This document shows positions 25,534 to 38,861 of a stretch of 64,000 nucleotides of DNA, one piece after another; within the stretch, counting starts at the first letter, position 1; each line of letters begins with the position of its first letter. Location: positions 52,514,001 to 52,578,000 of the forward strand of contig OX597832.1 of the NCBI GenBank assembly GCA_951406725.2, given 5' to 3'. This DNA comes from Octopus vulgaris (lineage: Eukaryota). The notes beneath the pieces are model-generated. The model did no database searches, was not told the origin of the DNA, and was given only the letters and a program-made list of their open reading frames with translations. Position numbers and translations under genes: made by a program.

Positions 25534-27789
25534 GTAAGTTGTATTCGTCTACAGTGTTCAGGTGTTCATATATTCAGTGATCGAGCTATTTTCAAAATAA
25601 TTAAATAAATGTAACCGTTAAACTGTGAATAAATGACACATTTAGCGTGGAAGAGAACTTCCTGTTGATAATGATGTCATTGACTTTATAAAAATATTGC
25701 AGGTGTGAAAACCTGGGGGGCTTTCACTATACAACTTATTTTTCTTTATTATCATCGAATAACAACGAAATTAATATTTTTGCTAGACAAACTTTATATT
25801 TACAAATGTAATAAGCGATGTTATTTCTTCATGATGACATGGAATTGGTAAATATTATGACTTAAAGTTTAGCAACCAACAGCAGCAATCGATGATGGCT
25901 GTTAAATATCGTATATCACGCTAAAAATTCTTCATAAATATTTAGCCTACTTTTTCTTCGAAAATCTGCTCTCAGAAATATGTAAAGAAATTATTCAGGC
26001 GTCAAATATTATTTGTAAATAAGAGTTTGTTGGCTGGTATATATAATTCTTTCGATATTCATGAAAGGATGTGACCGGGCTTCCTATTTTCCACCCGTCA
26101 ATTTTGTAATTTGCCAGTGCGATTTCGTAACTTTTCGATTAATTCCTGTTTCTTTTCCGGACAACAACAATCCTCACCTCAGCATTAAAACTCATCCCTC
26201 ATCTTCATACACCTAACTTCTTTAAACTTCATTTTCTCTTCTACACTATATAATTAATGAACATCGGCAAAACTGTACAAAGTCATTAAATATTTGTCTT
26301 TTATATCCTAATCTTCAAATATTGCTCTACATTGAAACACATTTCAGCAGAGAACCTCTCAGAATTCTCTAATTACAATCCGCTGTTTTCAAGATGCCAA
26401 AGTACAATATATATATTATTTGTGTTGACATATTTTTAATCTCCGTTACAAACAAATCGAAATATTTTAGCTTATTCGAGTTATTTAATATAAAAACTCC
26501 CAAATGTACCCCCTTAAATATTTCTGGATATTTCTAATCTTTTTAGGAGTAAGATTTTTCAATATTTCATCTACACACTGTTTCTATAGGTTTGTTTGTT
26601 CTTCGGGGGTCACCAGGTACTTTATTCCTTGACATTATCCTAAACTACGTTTACACTAAGACCCTTCATATAGGAACTTAGGCTAATAACTAATTATCCG
26701 CTAAGCTTACTGATTTTATGTACTTTCGAGATGTAACCAATCTAAAACACCCGTGTAAAGGTGGAAACTGAAAAGAAAACGCACATCCCATTTTTATTAA
26801 CAACTCTTCACAGATATTGACGGAGTTTTGCTTCAGCTATTCCTTCCTCGCGGAGGGAAAGAAATTGAGTGGGGTTTTCTCCATAATTTTTTAGATATTT
26901 CTGTTTCATGCAACGGGAATTGCCGTTCTGAAATAGGTTTTTTGCAAAAATTTAAGTTTTTCACATTTGTTCCCCACCCACTTTAATTCCGTGCCTTTTT
27001 ATTTTCTTCTTTTTCCATGATATAGAAATTGCTATTCCAAAATTTGTTTCTATTTATATATTTCTACTTTGGACTGATCTATCGCAGACAGTGGAACCGA
27101 CCCCCGCTGATTGATAAGGAGCTTGAAGACCAAATTTCGTCACAGTTGACTACTTTCCAATTTGACAGTACACGGTATAAATACCAGCTATATACAAACA
27201 TCAGTCGTAATCCAAAATAAATGCACTTCTATATAAGATGCGATAATATATTTGTAGCATTCCATTGTGATCAAAATATTCTAAAACACACCGACTTCCA
27301 GTAGAATTTAAATCTATTTTGAGTAAAGAAGAATGGAGCTGATTGAATCAACCCGTAATTTTGCTAGTATTTATTTCGTCTGTCAAAATATAAATATAAA
27401 ACAAAATAGAAAATAGATACCCCGCTCCACAGTGCAGAGCAATCTCAGACGAGAGGTAAAACTAATGTTATAAAAATAATTCACCAGTACTTTTAGCTTG
27501 TGCCAGACACAATACCAGAAACTGAATATTCTAAAAACCTGGCTCTCTAACCAATAGCACCGTGTATTAGCAACTTCCAGTGAACCAGTCCCAGCCAGAA
27601 ATCGAAACAGATAAAATATTTAGAGTTAATATAATGAATTATTCCTGATAAAAGTAGCCATCACAACTACCACCACAACCCTGTATTTTATAGATATAAA
27701 CGATAAATTGACTTTCACCTTAGTGCATATGAATCAACAAAATTGGGCATTACTGTTTGAGTGAGCTCAATTATTTCCAATAAAAATAA

Positions 27790-29085
27790 TAATAATCTTT
27801 TCTACTCTAGGCACAAGGCCTGAAATTTTGGGGGGAGAGGGCCAGTCGATTAGATCGACCCCAGTATGCAACCGGTACTTAATTTATCAACCCCATGAGA
27901 ATGAAAGGCAAAGTCAACTTTGGCAGAATCCAAACTCAGAGCATAAAGAGAGATGAAATACCTATTTCTTTACTACCCACAAGGGGCTAAACACAGAGAG
28001 GACAAACGGATTAAGTCAATTACATCGACCCCAGTGCGTAACTGGTACTTAATTTATCGACCCTGAAAGGATGAAAGGTGGCCTCAGCAGAATTTGAACT
28101 CAGAACTTAAAAGGACGAAATACCACCAAGTATTTCACCTGGTGTGCTAACGTTTCTTAATTCTTTATTGCCCACAAGGGGCTAAACATAGAGGGGACAA
28201 ACAAGAACAGACAAACGGATTAAGTCGATTACATCGACCCCAGTGCGTAACTGGTACTTAATTTATCGACCCCGAAAGGATGTAAGGCAAAGTTGACCTC
28301 AGTGGAATTCTAACTCAGAACGTAAAGACAGACAAAATACCGTGAGGCATTTCACCAGGTGTGCTAACAATTCTGCCAGCTCACCACCTTCCAATAAAAA
28401 GAAGAGGAGGAAGAATCTTTTCTACTATAGGCAGAAGGCCTGAAATTTTGGGAAAGTGGGGTTGTCGATTACACCGACCCCAGTACTTAACTGGTACTTA
28501 ATTTTTTCAAACCCAAAAGGGATTAAGTCAATTACATTGACCCCACTGCATAACTGGTACTTATTTAATTGACCCTTAAAGGATGAAAGGCAAGTCGACC
28601 TCAGTGGAATTTGAACTCAAAACATAGCAGCAGATGAAATATTGCCAAGCATTTCATCCGGCATGCTAACGATTCTGCCAGCCTCCTTTCTACTATAGAC
28701 GCAAAACCTAAAATTTTTTTGGGAGCAGGCTAATCAACTACATCGATTCCTAGTGATCTGTTGGTACTTGTTTTATCCCAAAAGGATGAAAGGTAAAGTC
28801 AAAGAAATTTGTTGGTGGAATTTGAACTCAGAATGTAAAGTCAGAAGAAATGCTGCCGAGCATTCTTCCCAACACGCTAATGATTCCACTGGTTTCTACT
28901 ACAAGCACAAGGCCTGAAATTCTTGGGGAAGGGGTTTGTCAATTACATTGACCCCAGTGTTCAACTGGTACTTACTTTATTGACCCTGAAAGGACCTCGA
29001 CAGAATTTGAACACAGACTAACAAGTTGGAAGAAATGTAAACATTTTTCCCAACATGCTAATGATCCTGCCAGTCTGTCACCTTA
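27790..29085 (-). mobile_element. cluster of about 7-8 co-oriented family B SINE units
   Basis: Repeated cgaccccagt..actggtacttaatttatcgacc..aaggatgaaaggcaaagtcgacc units with two different tail types. Confidence 0.85.
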
Positions 29086-29409
29086 ATAATGATAATAATA
29101 ATAATAACAATAATAATCATCATCATCGTTTAACGTCCGTTTTCCATGCTAGCATGGGTTGGACGGTTCAACTGGTGTCTGGGAAGCCAAGAGGCTGCGC
29201 CAGGCCCAGTCTGATCTGGCAGTGTTTCTACAGCTGGATGCCCTTCCTAACGCCAACCACTCCGAGAGTGTAGTGGGTGCTTTTTATGTGCCACCTGCAC
29301 AGGTGCCAGAGGAGGGTGGCAGATGGCCACGATCAGATGGTGCTTTTTACGTGCCACCAGTGCAGGGGCCAGACGAGGCTGGCAATGGCGATGCAGTGCC
29401 AGGCAGTGG

Positions 29410-29911
29410 CTCTCATGGCTTCTGATCTTAACTGATTGGAAGTGTTATCATGTACATTGTTTTGTGTTTGTATAAAAGATGGGCTACAGCAAATATTCTG
29501 CTCAATACCACAGATTTGCTTGTCAGTTGTTTGACCTTAACCATGTCCCTTAGTGTCTGATGATATGTGCATCTCTGATCACGAGCAGAAGTAGTGAGGG
29601 AGCATCATAGCCATGTGTTGAGAGGGATTCCTTGGGGTTTGAATAATTCACCTCTGGAAACATGGGTGTTTTTTCAACATCCTTAAACAACCCTTATTCA
29701 GGGACCTTTTGAGCAGGATGGGCTACTCGACCAGAAGAAAATTCTAACTGGGCCCCACCTGCAAGGTCATGTGCTGTTTATCTTGTTGTGCACATATGGT
29801 TGTGATGCATGTGCATAGTGTACCCTTATCAGATGGGTAGTCATGATGGGTATATTGGGCTTCGTATATTACCCCAGTGTCACTTTGTTGGCATGCACTG
29901 TTCTCTCACTC

Positions 29912-29940
<29 letters not shown>
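29410..29940 (+). mobile_element. probable LINE 3' UTR ending in (AAT)n
   Basis: Non-coding sequence of moderate GC ending sharply in (AAT)10; no diagnostic peptide. Confidence 0.35.
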
Positions 29941-29942
<2 letters not shown>

Positions 29943-30294
29943 TTTACCTCCTTGGCACAGCCAGAATAATCAAGAAAAGTATTAGACAGCTGAAAAGAAC
30001 AAATAGCATGGTACCGTAGGCTGCAGGTAGTAAGCCTGCTACGCATGCAAGACTCCAGGAGCTCCAACAAAACCTGTGATAAAGAGAAAATAATAATAAT
30101 GACTACAAATTTTGGCACAAGGCCAGCAATTTCGGTGGAAAGGGTAAGTTGATTACATCAACCCCAGTACTCAACTGGTACTTAGTTTTATTGACCCTGA
30201 AATTAGGTATCTTTAATAAAAAGACCTAACTTTTTCTTAAGATTCTTTCTGTTGCAGATTGTAGAACAAAATTAACTTAAATTGAAATTAAGTG

Positions 30295-31108
30295 AAAAGT
30301 TAGAGAAAAGTTGGACCTAAGAAGCATCAAATGTGGTGTGCAAGAGAGAAGACTGCGCTGGTATGATCATGTGGCAAGAATGGATGAGGATAGCTCTGTG
30401 AAAAAGTGCCACACCCTAGCAGTTGGGGGAACCTGTGGAAGAGATAGGTCCAGGAAAACCTAGGATGAAGTGGTGAAGCACGACCTTTGAACATTAGGCC
30501 TCACCAAGGAAATGACTAGTGACTGAGACCTTTGGAAATATGCTGTGCTTGAGAAGACCCGGCAAGCCAAATGAGACCATAACCTTGTGGCCTATGCCAG
30601 GGGTGTAACCAGCCCACTTATGCGTACCTTTCCTTCATTGGACCCTAAACTCTGCTTGCAAAGACATGTTGAGGCAAGTGAAATCGAAATCAAATTCAAT
30701 GACTGGCATCCGTGCTAGTGGAGTGCTAAGAGCACCATCCAAGCACGATAGTTGCCAGAGCAGCTAACTGGCTTCTGTGCCAGTGGCATGTAAAAAGCAC
30801 CATTCAGCATGATCATTACCAGTGCTGCCTTACTGGCACTTGTGCCGGTGGCATGTGAACAAAACATTCAAGCGAGGTCGTTGCTAGTGCTGCTGGACTG
30901 GCTCCTGTGCAGGTGGCATGTAAAAAACACCATTTGAGCGTGACCATTGCCAGTACCTCCTGACTGGCCCTCATGCCAGTGGCACGTAAAAGCACCCACT
31001 ACACTCTCAGAGTGGTTGGCATTAAGAAGGGCATCCAGCTGTAGAAACTCTGCCAGATCAAGATTGCAGCCATCTGGTTTTCCAGTCCTCGGTCAAATCA
31101 TCCAACCT
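30295..31108 (+). mobile_element. RTE LINE 3' end with internally repetitive 3' UTR
   Basis: RRLRWYDHVARMDEDSSVKKC..GTCGRDRSRKT C-terminal RTE motif, then gtgccagtggcatgtaaaaagcacc repeats and the aagggcatccagctgtagaaac motif. Confidence 0.8.
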
Positions 31109-31639
31109 TAGTACAAAATATGATATTAATTATTGAATGACAAGGAAACAGGAATTAAATGTTTAACTTCATTAACTTACAGCAGTTTCTGCTTTAGGAA
31201 GTCATGCACTCAGAGCTGAGTGCTTGTGCAGCTTCCTATAGCTTCCTCGGAGCTATTAAAAGGAAATTTATGCTTATTTCAGAAAGATTGTGTGTGATGG
31301 GTGCACTTATATATAGAAAGATATATATATATATATATTCTAAGAATGTAATTTTTAATTTGTATTTCAATGGGTTATACTTCTTTATTGTCTAAGGTGG
31401 TAGGTGTCATTTTTAAACACTTCTGAGCTGATCCTTGTTATTTTTCAAGAGATACTGCTGTGTTACTTTAAATGAACAAGTAATTTGTGTTATTTTTAAC
31501 TTGGATGTCATGTTTAATAATAAAGTTTAAAGAGCAAGCTTAATGCTTACAATATGTATCTTTCTGTCCCCTGTTCCTCCCGCACTCTTCTTGAAGGCCT
31601 ATGGGTGATGAGATAGTTAAGACTAGGTTAATCTTAGTT

Positions 31640-33475
31640 AGTGCAACAGTAACATATCTATCACAGCATAATCTGGATTGGCAGACAAGCAGAGAGACCA
31701 AATCTATGAAGTTCCTTTGCTGATTACCTCAGTGACAAATAACAATGACCTTACCATCATGGCTGCTGGTAACTTCAATGGACATGTTGGGTAGTACTCC
31801 AATGGACTTCATGGTGTGCATGAAGGTTATGGCTTTGGTTCAAGGAATGAGGAGGGAATGAAGTTCCTGGAGTTCTGTGATGTTAATGAGTTGATACTTT
31901 GCAAAACTATCTTCCATAAACAAGCCAGTCACCTGATAACCTTTCAGTCTGATGGATGCACATTTCTGTTTGAGTACATTCTTCCTCAAGGAAACAAGCC
32001 AGACAGGTGGTTGTGTATGCTAAGTCTTTTTTCTAGTGAAGAATATACAATTCAGCATAGGTTAATGACTTCAGAATTAGAGTTAGATAAACTAAGAGAC
32101 ACAAATATGTTTGGAAAAAGAAGATATCAAAGTTCAAGGATCTATTGAACAATCAGAAATTTAGAGAAATACTATTGGGTTGTCCGGAAAGTTTGTGTCG
32201 ATTTATAGTAGCTTACCTTTCAACTTATTTTAGAACATGGTTGAGTCTATAAAATAGGATTTGACTACACCTCCATTTAGAGCACAGTTTAACCTATCTT
32301 TTCGTGGAAGAAGATTTATGTTCCTATAACCTTTGTTAATTCTATAACCCTTTAAAATGGAAGATACGAAAGTTCATTTTTGGCACTTGATGCTTTGGGA
32401 TCTAGACAAAAATTGCTGCAGCTCGGCTGAGATATGTTACCCCACCCTCCATATCCACCAGATATTGCTCCTTTGGATTTCCACGTATTCAGGTCTCTGC
32501 AGAATAGTCTTAATGGTAAAAAGTTCAATTCCTTGGATGATGTAAAAAGATACCTTCATGAATTCTTTGCCATGAAACCACCTCAATTCTGGGAAGAGGG
32601 TATTTTCAAGTTAAAGGAAAAGATGGAGACGCATTGTGCAACAAAATGGTTTATATTTGGTTGATTTAAAATGTAATGGCAAGTATTTATTGACCTTTTT
32701 GTTTCCTTTAAAAATTGGCACAAACTTTCTGAACAACCTAATAGTTGAAACATTTGCTAAAAGGGAAGAGTTAGTAGATGCCTAGCTGGAACCCCTGCCC
32801 TTTTCTTCTGGTAGCTGCATGGCCCTAGGAAATAGTAATTCGTTGATTAGAAATATTTAGGCATGTGCAAGATTCCATTGGTTGAAAATGTTTGCCCAAA
32901 CCTTCCCAGAGCCTCCACAATCAATGACAACTGGATGTTTCTACAGAACAATCTGCTGAGGTTTACAGACCAAACCAGTGACTGGTGCAAGGTTATCATC
33001 AGACCAAAGGTGATATGGTGCTAGAACAGTGAGCTAGACACAGCTATAAAAGGGATGAGACAGGATTAGAAAGGCTGGGAAAACGGGAGCAGCAGAGAAT
33101 TATATCAGGTATCTAGAAGGGGAGCTAGGTAATAGGTTTATATAGCAAGGGGAGAAGCAGAATGTAAGAGGTTTGCCAAGTTCTACAGCACAGGGATCAG
33201 AAGCACGAGGTGTTTCAGATTGCAAAGCTGTTTATCTGAGAGAATCAAGATGTGTGATAAGTGTATAACGGATGGATAATGGTACACCTGCACTTAGTGA
33301 TTCTGCAAAGGAAGAGCCACAAAAGTACTATTATGAAAGGATTAATAAATATGAAGAATGCACAGGAGAAAATAGTCTTGCCAATGTTAACCTGGCAGAG
33401 GGGCCAGGTCTCCTCCCAGTTGACAGCAGAATGGTAGATGAAGCAATTAAGGATATGAAAGCAGCCGAAGCTCCT
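31640..33475 (+). mobile_element. decayed RTE-clade LINE (AP endonuclease and linker region), interrupted by the mariner
   Basis: GNFNGHVG..HEGYGFGSRNEEG..FLEFC and QHRL endonuclease motifs with many stops and frameshifts. Confidence 0.8.
32175..32741 (+). mobile_element. internally deleted mariner inserted in an RTE LINE
   Basis: TIRs ttgggttgtccggaaagtttgtg / cacaaactttctgaacaacctaa, TA duplication, peptide LPHPPYPPDIAPLDFHVFRSLQNSL. Confidence 0.9.
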
Positions 33476-33593
33476 GTGCATTTATATATATGTATATGTA
33501 TATGTGTATGTATATATATGTATATATGTATATATGTATATGTATATATGTATATGTATATATATGTATATGTATATATATGTATATGTTTGT

Positions 33594-33641
<48 letters not shown>

Positions 33642-33648
33642 GTATATA

Positions 33649-33687
<39 letters not shown>

Positions 33688-33722
33688 ACATGTATATATG
33701 TGTGTATATATCTATATATATA

Positions 33723-35655
33723 TTTGTGGCCATACTGATAATGTTCACTTTGCAAGAGGTTTCATCACTCATGTCAATACCCAGGTCCCTCACTGATTTA
33801 GACTCAGGGATTTTAATCCTCTGTAGACCAGTGTACCTTTTAAGTTTTATATTCAGTTTTGGACAGTGATTGTTCAGGGCATGCCATTTTTCATCATTAA
33901 ACTGCATAATATTTTCCTCAGCCCATCGGTAAACTAAATCCAACTCCTGCTGCAGTTGTGCAACATCGCTGGGCTTCCATATTTTCTGCGAGACTTTTGT
34001 ATCATATGTATAGCTAGCAAGGGTGGCTATCCAGGCAGCTGAGGGCATATCTGTGAGGGCCACTATGGAAAGCAGTGGTCCCAAGGCAATGCCCTGTGCA
34101 TCACTGCTCACTATTTTTGTTTTCTTTGAGGTGGCTCCATTGGCCACTACTGCCTGACTTCTATCTTTCAGAAAGTCATGTAACCACTCTCAAATTTTCC
34201 AGCTATGCCAAGATCACACAGTTTGTGGCATATCATACCATGATCCACTTTATCAAAAGCTTTTGCAAAGTCAAGGTATATTACGTCCACATTATTACTG
34301 GGTGTTGTTTAGTAACTGCCTCGACACCCAGTCATAATGTTGTAAGAGCTGAGTTAGGCAGCTCCTACCTGTTTGAAAGCCATGCTGGGTATCACTCAGC
34401 AAGTTGTTTTCTTCAAGGAATGTGATTTGATTCCATCTGACTATCTGTTCCATGACTTTGCTGATGTGTGAAGTCAGAGAAATAGGCCCATAGTTTTTGG
34501 CATCTGCTCTGCTTCCTCCTTTATGGATTATGTATATTATTACCTCCTTCACTTTGCTTGGCAGCCTGCCATTTGCAAGAAAGCTCTGGGAGAGAATCTA
34601 TTGAGATTTTGCTAGAGCATGTAGTTGAATTTGCATCCACCTCATCTATGGCTAGTAGTATATCTTCTTTGCTAACGTCGATGTAATCCATCATAACTGT
34701 CTCACTGGTTATAGGTGAGGCAGCAAGCAAATCCACTGATTTGTTCACTTGTTTGTGTTCCAACGGGATTGTAAAGATACTTTTGAACTGGTCATTCTGT
34801 ACCTCACTGATCCTGGTTGGACTATCTGTGAGGGAACCATCCTTTTGGGAGACAGGTCCTATTTTGCAGCGTACTGGTGCTGTTTTTTTGGGGGTGAGCA
34901 TAATGAAAGTTTGACTTAATGTTTTTTATAACCCATGCTTCTTTGTCTGCTCTCTCCCTCACAGAAGATTGTTGCAGGCTTTCTTCAATCTCCATCAATG
35001 TTGTTTTTAGGCGGAACCTTTCACTACTTTTGGGATGTTGGTTGAGGTGATTTGCAACCTTCGTCCATCGTATCATGAGGATCTTCCTCTCCCTAGGAAT
35101 CATGTTCCTTTTTGTGTTGGCCTTGTGCTCTGCAACATATTTCTGGCATATAGTTTGCATAACATGAAATATTCTAGTTTCATGCCAATGTCTGGTGTGG
35201 AGAGACATTTCGGTCAGTCTAGTCTGAGGATCTCTTTTTGGATTGATTTCCAGCCTGCTTTGTGGAAGTTCAGATTGAGGAGATTTTGGATGCTTCTTTT
35301 AGGCTGTATGTCTCTGGCTACTTTTGGTCCATATATAGACAGCTCTATTATGTTGTAATCCAAAACTGATGTTGGCGTCACTTTCACATCATGTCCATAT
35401 TGTTTGAGAAGCAGAGATCCAAAATGTTATTGGTCTTAGTTGGTCTGAGTACAACTTGCTCCATGAATAGAGCATTGGTGAAGTTGAGCAGGGACTCCAC
35501 CTGTACTTGTTTATAATGAGTCATTCCTGAAAGCATAAGGCCTTCGGGCCATTTGACAGTGGGGAAGTTGAAATCACCCATAAGAAAAATACTCACATGG
35601 TGTTCCAGTTTCTTGAGGATTTCTTCAATTCTTGTGAGGCAATCTTCCAACTTGC
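33723..35655 (-). mobile_element. decayed CR1-group LINE ORF2 (endonuclease and reverse transcriptase)
   Basis: [63 protein letters not shown] and YTYDTK (decayed YADDTK) spread across shifted frames. Confidence 0.9.
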
Positions 35656-35671
35656 CTATAATATATGTAAG

Positions 35672-35735
<64 letters not shown>

Positions 35736-35820
35736 AGTGAGAATTTACAAAAAAAGAAAATACCAAGACAGGTGTGTAAACAATAGATGTATTAGTTTAA
35801 TGCTCAGAAAGTGAGAAAGT

Positions 35821-35856
35821 CTTTTACATTTCGAGTTTATGCTCTCTGTCAGAAAG
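35821..35856 (-). ncRNA. decayed hammerhead motif related to the 442-476 family (element about 35736-35910)
   Basis: CUUU-CUGACAG-A-GAG(CAUAAA)CUC-GAAAU-GUA|AAAG. Downstream flank ctttctgagcattaaactaatac resembles ctttcctgagcatctaataacac of the first copy. Confidence 0.55.
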
Positions 35857-35914
35857 GAACACAGAAATAAATAGGGAGAGAAAATAAAAAAGGTTTAGTG
35901 GCTAGCGAATACAA

Positions 35915-36415
35915 TATACATTAGCGTCATATTTATTACGTTCGCTATTTTCCAGTAGATATCGGTGCTTCGTTGTACCATTTATTTACTTTTATGTATA
36001 ATTTTACCCTCACGGGCTATCCTTTACTGGAAAGCAATACTCTCGTATTGCATTACTATTTTCATTGAAACTTCTTCACTGTTCTCGTTCTGATAACGTT
36101 GTGGCGTTCAGACAAGTGTACTGGCATAGATGTGGCAACTTTTGAAATATTGTCGAGGTTTATGCAGCTGATGAGGATAAATCAAGTATACGTTTGGCAA
36201 GCGTATTTTGAAAAATCCGAAACCGGTACTGCATTATCCATTATCTAGGTTTTTCATTTTTCAGATGTTTTTTCCTAGAGGTAAGACAATTTTTTTCATG
36301 TTTGTTGCACACACGCATCTTTACTAGTACATACGCAGTGAAGCTATACATTAGCGTCGTATTTATTACGTTCGCTATTTTCCAGTGGATATCGGTGCTC
36401 CGTTGTACCATTTAT
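35915..36415 (+). mobile_element. hammerhead-containing non-autonomous retroelement (retrozyme / Penelope pLTR-like): 430-bp unit plus 71-bp terminal direct repeat
   Basis: 35915-35985 is repeated at 36345-36415 with 3 mismatches; one hammerhead per unit; ends in (TA)n. Confidence 0.75.
36162..36234 (+). ncRNA. intact type I hammerhead ribozyme
   Basis: AUGCAG-CUGAUGA-GGAU[36-nt insert forming a long hairpin]AUCC-GAAAC-CG-GUA|CUGCAU. Canonical core, 6-bp Watson-Crick helix I, palindromic ACCGGU helix III; cleavage predicted after 36228. Confidence 0.9.
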
Positions 36416-36788
36416 ATATATATATTTATATATATATATATTTTTCTCTCTAGTTTCAGCTCAGAACTGTGGCCATGCTGATGCACCACCGTTTTGCTAC
36501 GCTGTTATTACTAAGAGCCTCCTCTAATATGTGGCACTTGGTGAAGAATGGAGTTTGATATAGCTACCCTCATTTGCACCTCATCTGTATATATCTCTTT
36601 CTCTCTCTATATATATATATATCTGTATATACTTGTATATATATATATATATGTATGTATATACCTGTATATATATATATGTATGTATATACCTGTATAT
36701 ATATATATGTATGTATATACCTGTATATATATATATATATGTATGTATATACCTGTATATATATATATATATATGTATGTATATACCT

Positions 36789-36828
<40 letters not shown>

Positions 36829-36882
36829 GTATGTATATACCTGTATATATATATATATATATATATGTATGTAATGTGTTTG

Positions 36883-36917
<35 letters not shown>

Positions 36918-38007
36918 ATATATATGTGTGTGTGTGTGTATATATATGTGTGTGTGTGTGTATATATATGTGTGTGTGTGTGTATATATATATGTGTGTG
37001 TGTGTGTGTATTTATATGTGTGTGTGTGTATATATATATGTTTGTGTATATCTATATGTATATGTCAGTATAGAAACACTTTCAAATATTTGTCTATTAG
37101 AAAATATTTATACTTTGTTTATTCTGTTTAATTCTATTAAACAAAAATTTTGATTCGTATTGATTGATATATAAAAAAACAAAGATAAGCAAGGTATTTA
37201 AAAGTTAATTTGAAAATAATTAGCAAATACACATTAATTTTAAATTTAATTTAAACATATTTTGACAATAACTTTCACTTTATTGAGAATTTGTGATGAA
37301 AGTTTTTCGTGTTAATATGTCATGTAGTTGTCTGGGCCAACATTTTATAGTTTTCTAAAGAAATTTCTCATAAACTCCTTATCCTCAACAGATTAACTTT
37401 AATACTGTGTTTCTTTCTCAGAATAATTAATAAACAAGCTTCTTACTTAGAAATGAGGAGAAATGAGATTATTTTTAGATCCCTGCTACAGCTTGAAATA
37501 ACTGCATTCTCCTGTAACAATGGTCGTGAGGTGTTAGCAGCTGTACCTAATTTCTTTATTTTCAACCAATGACACTTGTAAAGCTTTAAACCTCTTTCTT
37601 CCTAACACTCACCTGCTGGCCTTAGTATCATAGTAACAAGCACATATCAGGCATTCGCTATACAATAAGTCCCACAGCTGATGGTCTGCTAACCGTTGAT
37701 TGACAGCACATTTTTATATGCAAAATATAACACAATGTTTACAATATCAAGAGTTGTCTAATAACAATGCTGCTAATAAGTAAATTGCTTGCAATCATTT
37801 TTTCATGTTCTCTAGAGAACTAGTTTTCCAGAAGGAAACCCAACTACAAACTTCAGCTAAAGTTTGTTTAAATGGAAAGAAAATCCATGCATATATTTGC
37901 ATTCAACTCGTTAACAGTTTTTGTTTCCCAACCTGGCTTTCCAACTGAAATATATTTGATATCTGGTTTGCGTCGTGATTTACACAAGCAACAGGTATAT
38001 TTACACC

Positions 38008-38077
38008 ATGGAAAATAAATGTGAACAAAAGACGTTTGCTGAAGCGTTTGCCTTACAAAACTGTGTTGCTACGAGTG
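38008..38077 (+). CDS. candidate alternative first coding exon (MENKCEQKTFAEAFALQNCVATS+1 nt)
   Basis: ACCATGG Kozak context, 70-nt open frame, donor G|GTGAGT at 38078. Same phase (1) as the 25497 exon; lies in a 1.7-kb repeat-free island. Confidence 0.5.
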
Positions 38078-38861
38078 GTGAGTATATCTATATCGATTGA
38101 AATAGGAAGCTAATTTTTTTTTCCAGCATGTTTTACCTATAAACAAGTTTACTTGTCATCCGGTAGAAGACAAAAGAAAGAAAAATTAAATGATTAACTG
38201 AACATTTAAGGAATATGTAACTTTTATACAGTTCTTTTCTTGCTGGTGTCATATTAACCACAATTAACTGTAAAAACATTGCTACCTTTATGCACATGTG
38301 TGTGTGTGATGCATAGGATTTAGTAGGAAACACTTTTGTTATACAACCTGGTTTATCAAAGTTTGTATTCCTTGTGTTGAACTAATATATGAGTGTCCAA
38401 GTCATGAATGTGATTTTCATAGTTAAAGATATGTGCTGTAGTAATATAACAAATGTAATTATAATAACAATATATACATGTGCCAAAGGCCAGTTTAACT
38501 GTGAAGAGGCAATTGCTTTAGTTTCAACACTTAATCCCACGTGAAATCATTTACCAAACAAATAAAGCTCAGGGAAAATTAATACTTATAAAGTAGGGCT
38601 GGCCTTGATGCATCTTTCAATTTGAAGGAATAATTGGATAGCCATTGGTGGGACTTGTATATAATAATAGTTTTTGTGGTTGTATGGATTTTTATAGACA
38701 ATAACTTTTCTCTCAATATTTATAATTTGCTTACTGACACTGAAAAGACTATATGAACTAGTCATGGGAAACTTTTTGAAGAGAAAAAATGCAGGGAAAA
38801 GCTAATAATGACAATTAAAGTAACAGACGGACTCATAGTTGAGTGCCTGAGTAGCACGTTA

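Noticed and set aside
27790-29085. Regularly repeated units suggestive of a CRISPR-like array
   Set aside because: Eukaryotic SINE multimers with no unique spacers and no cas genes.
36265-36280. Apparent micro-exon tttcag|ATGTTTTTTCCTAGAG|gtaaga
   Set aside because: Lies inside the ribozyme element and gives a stop in the phase of the upstream exon; could be an element-borne splice signal but is unsupported.
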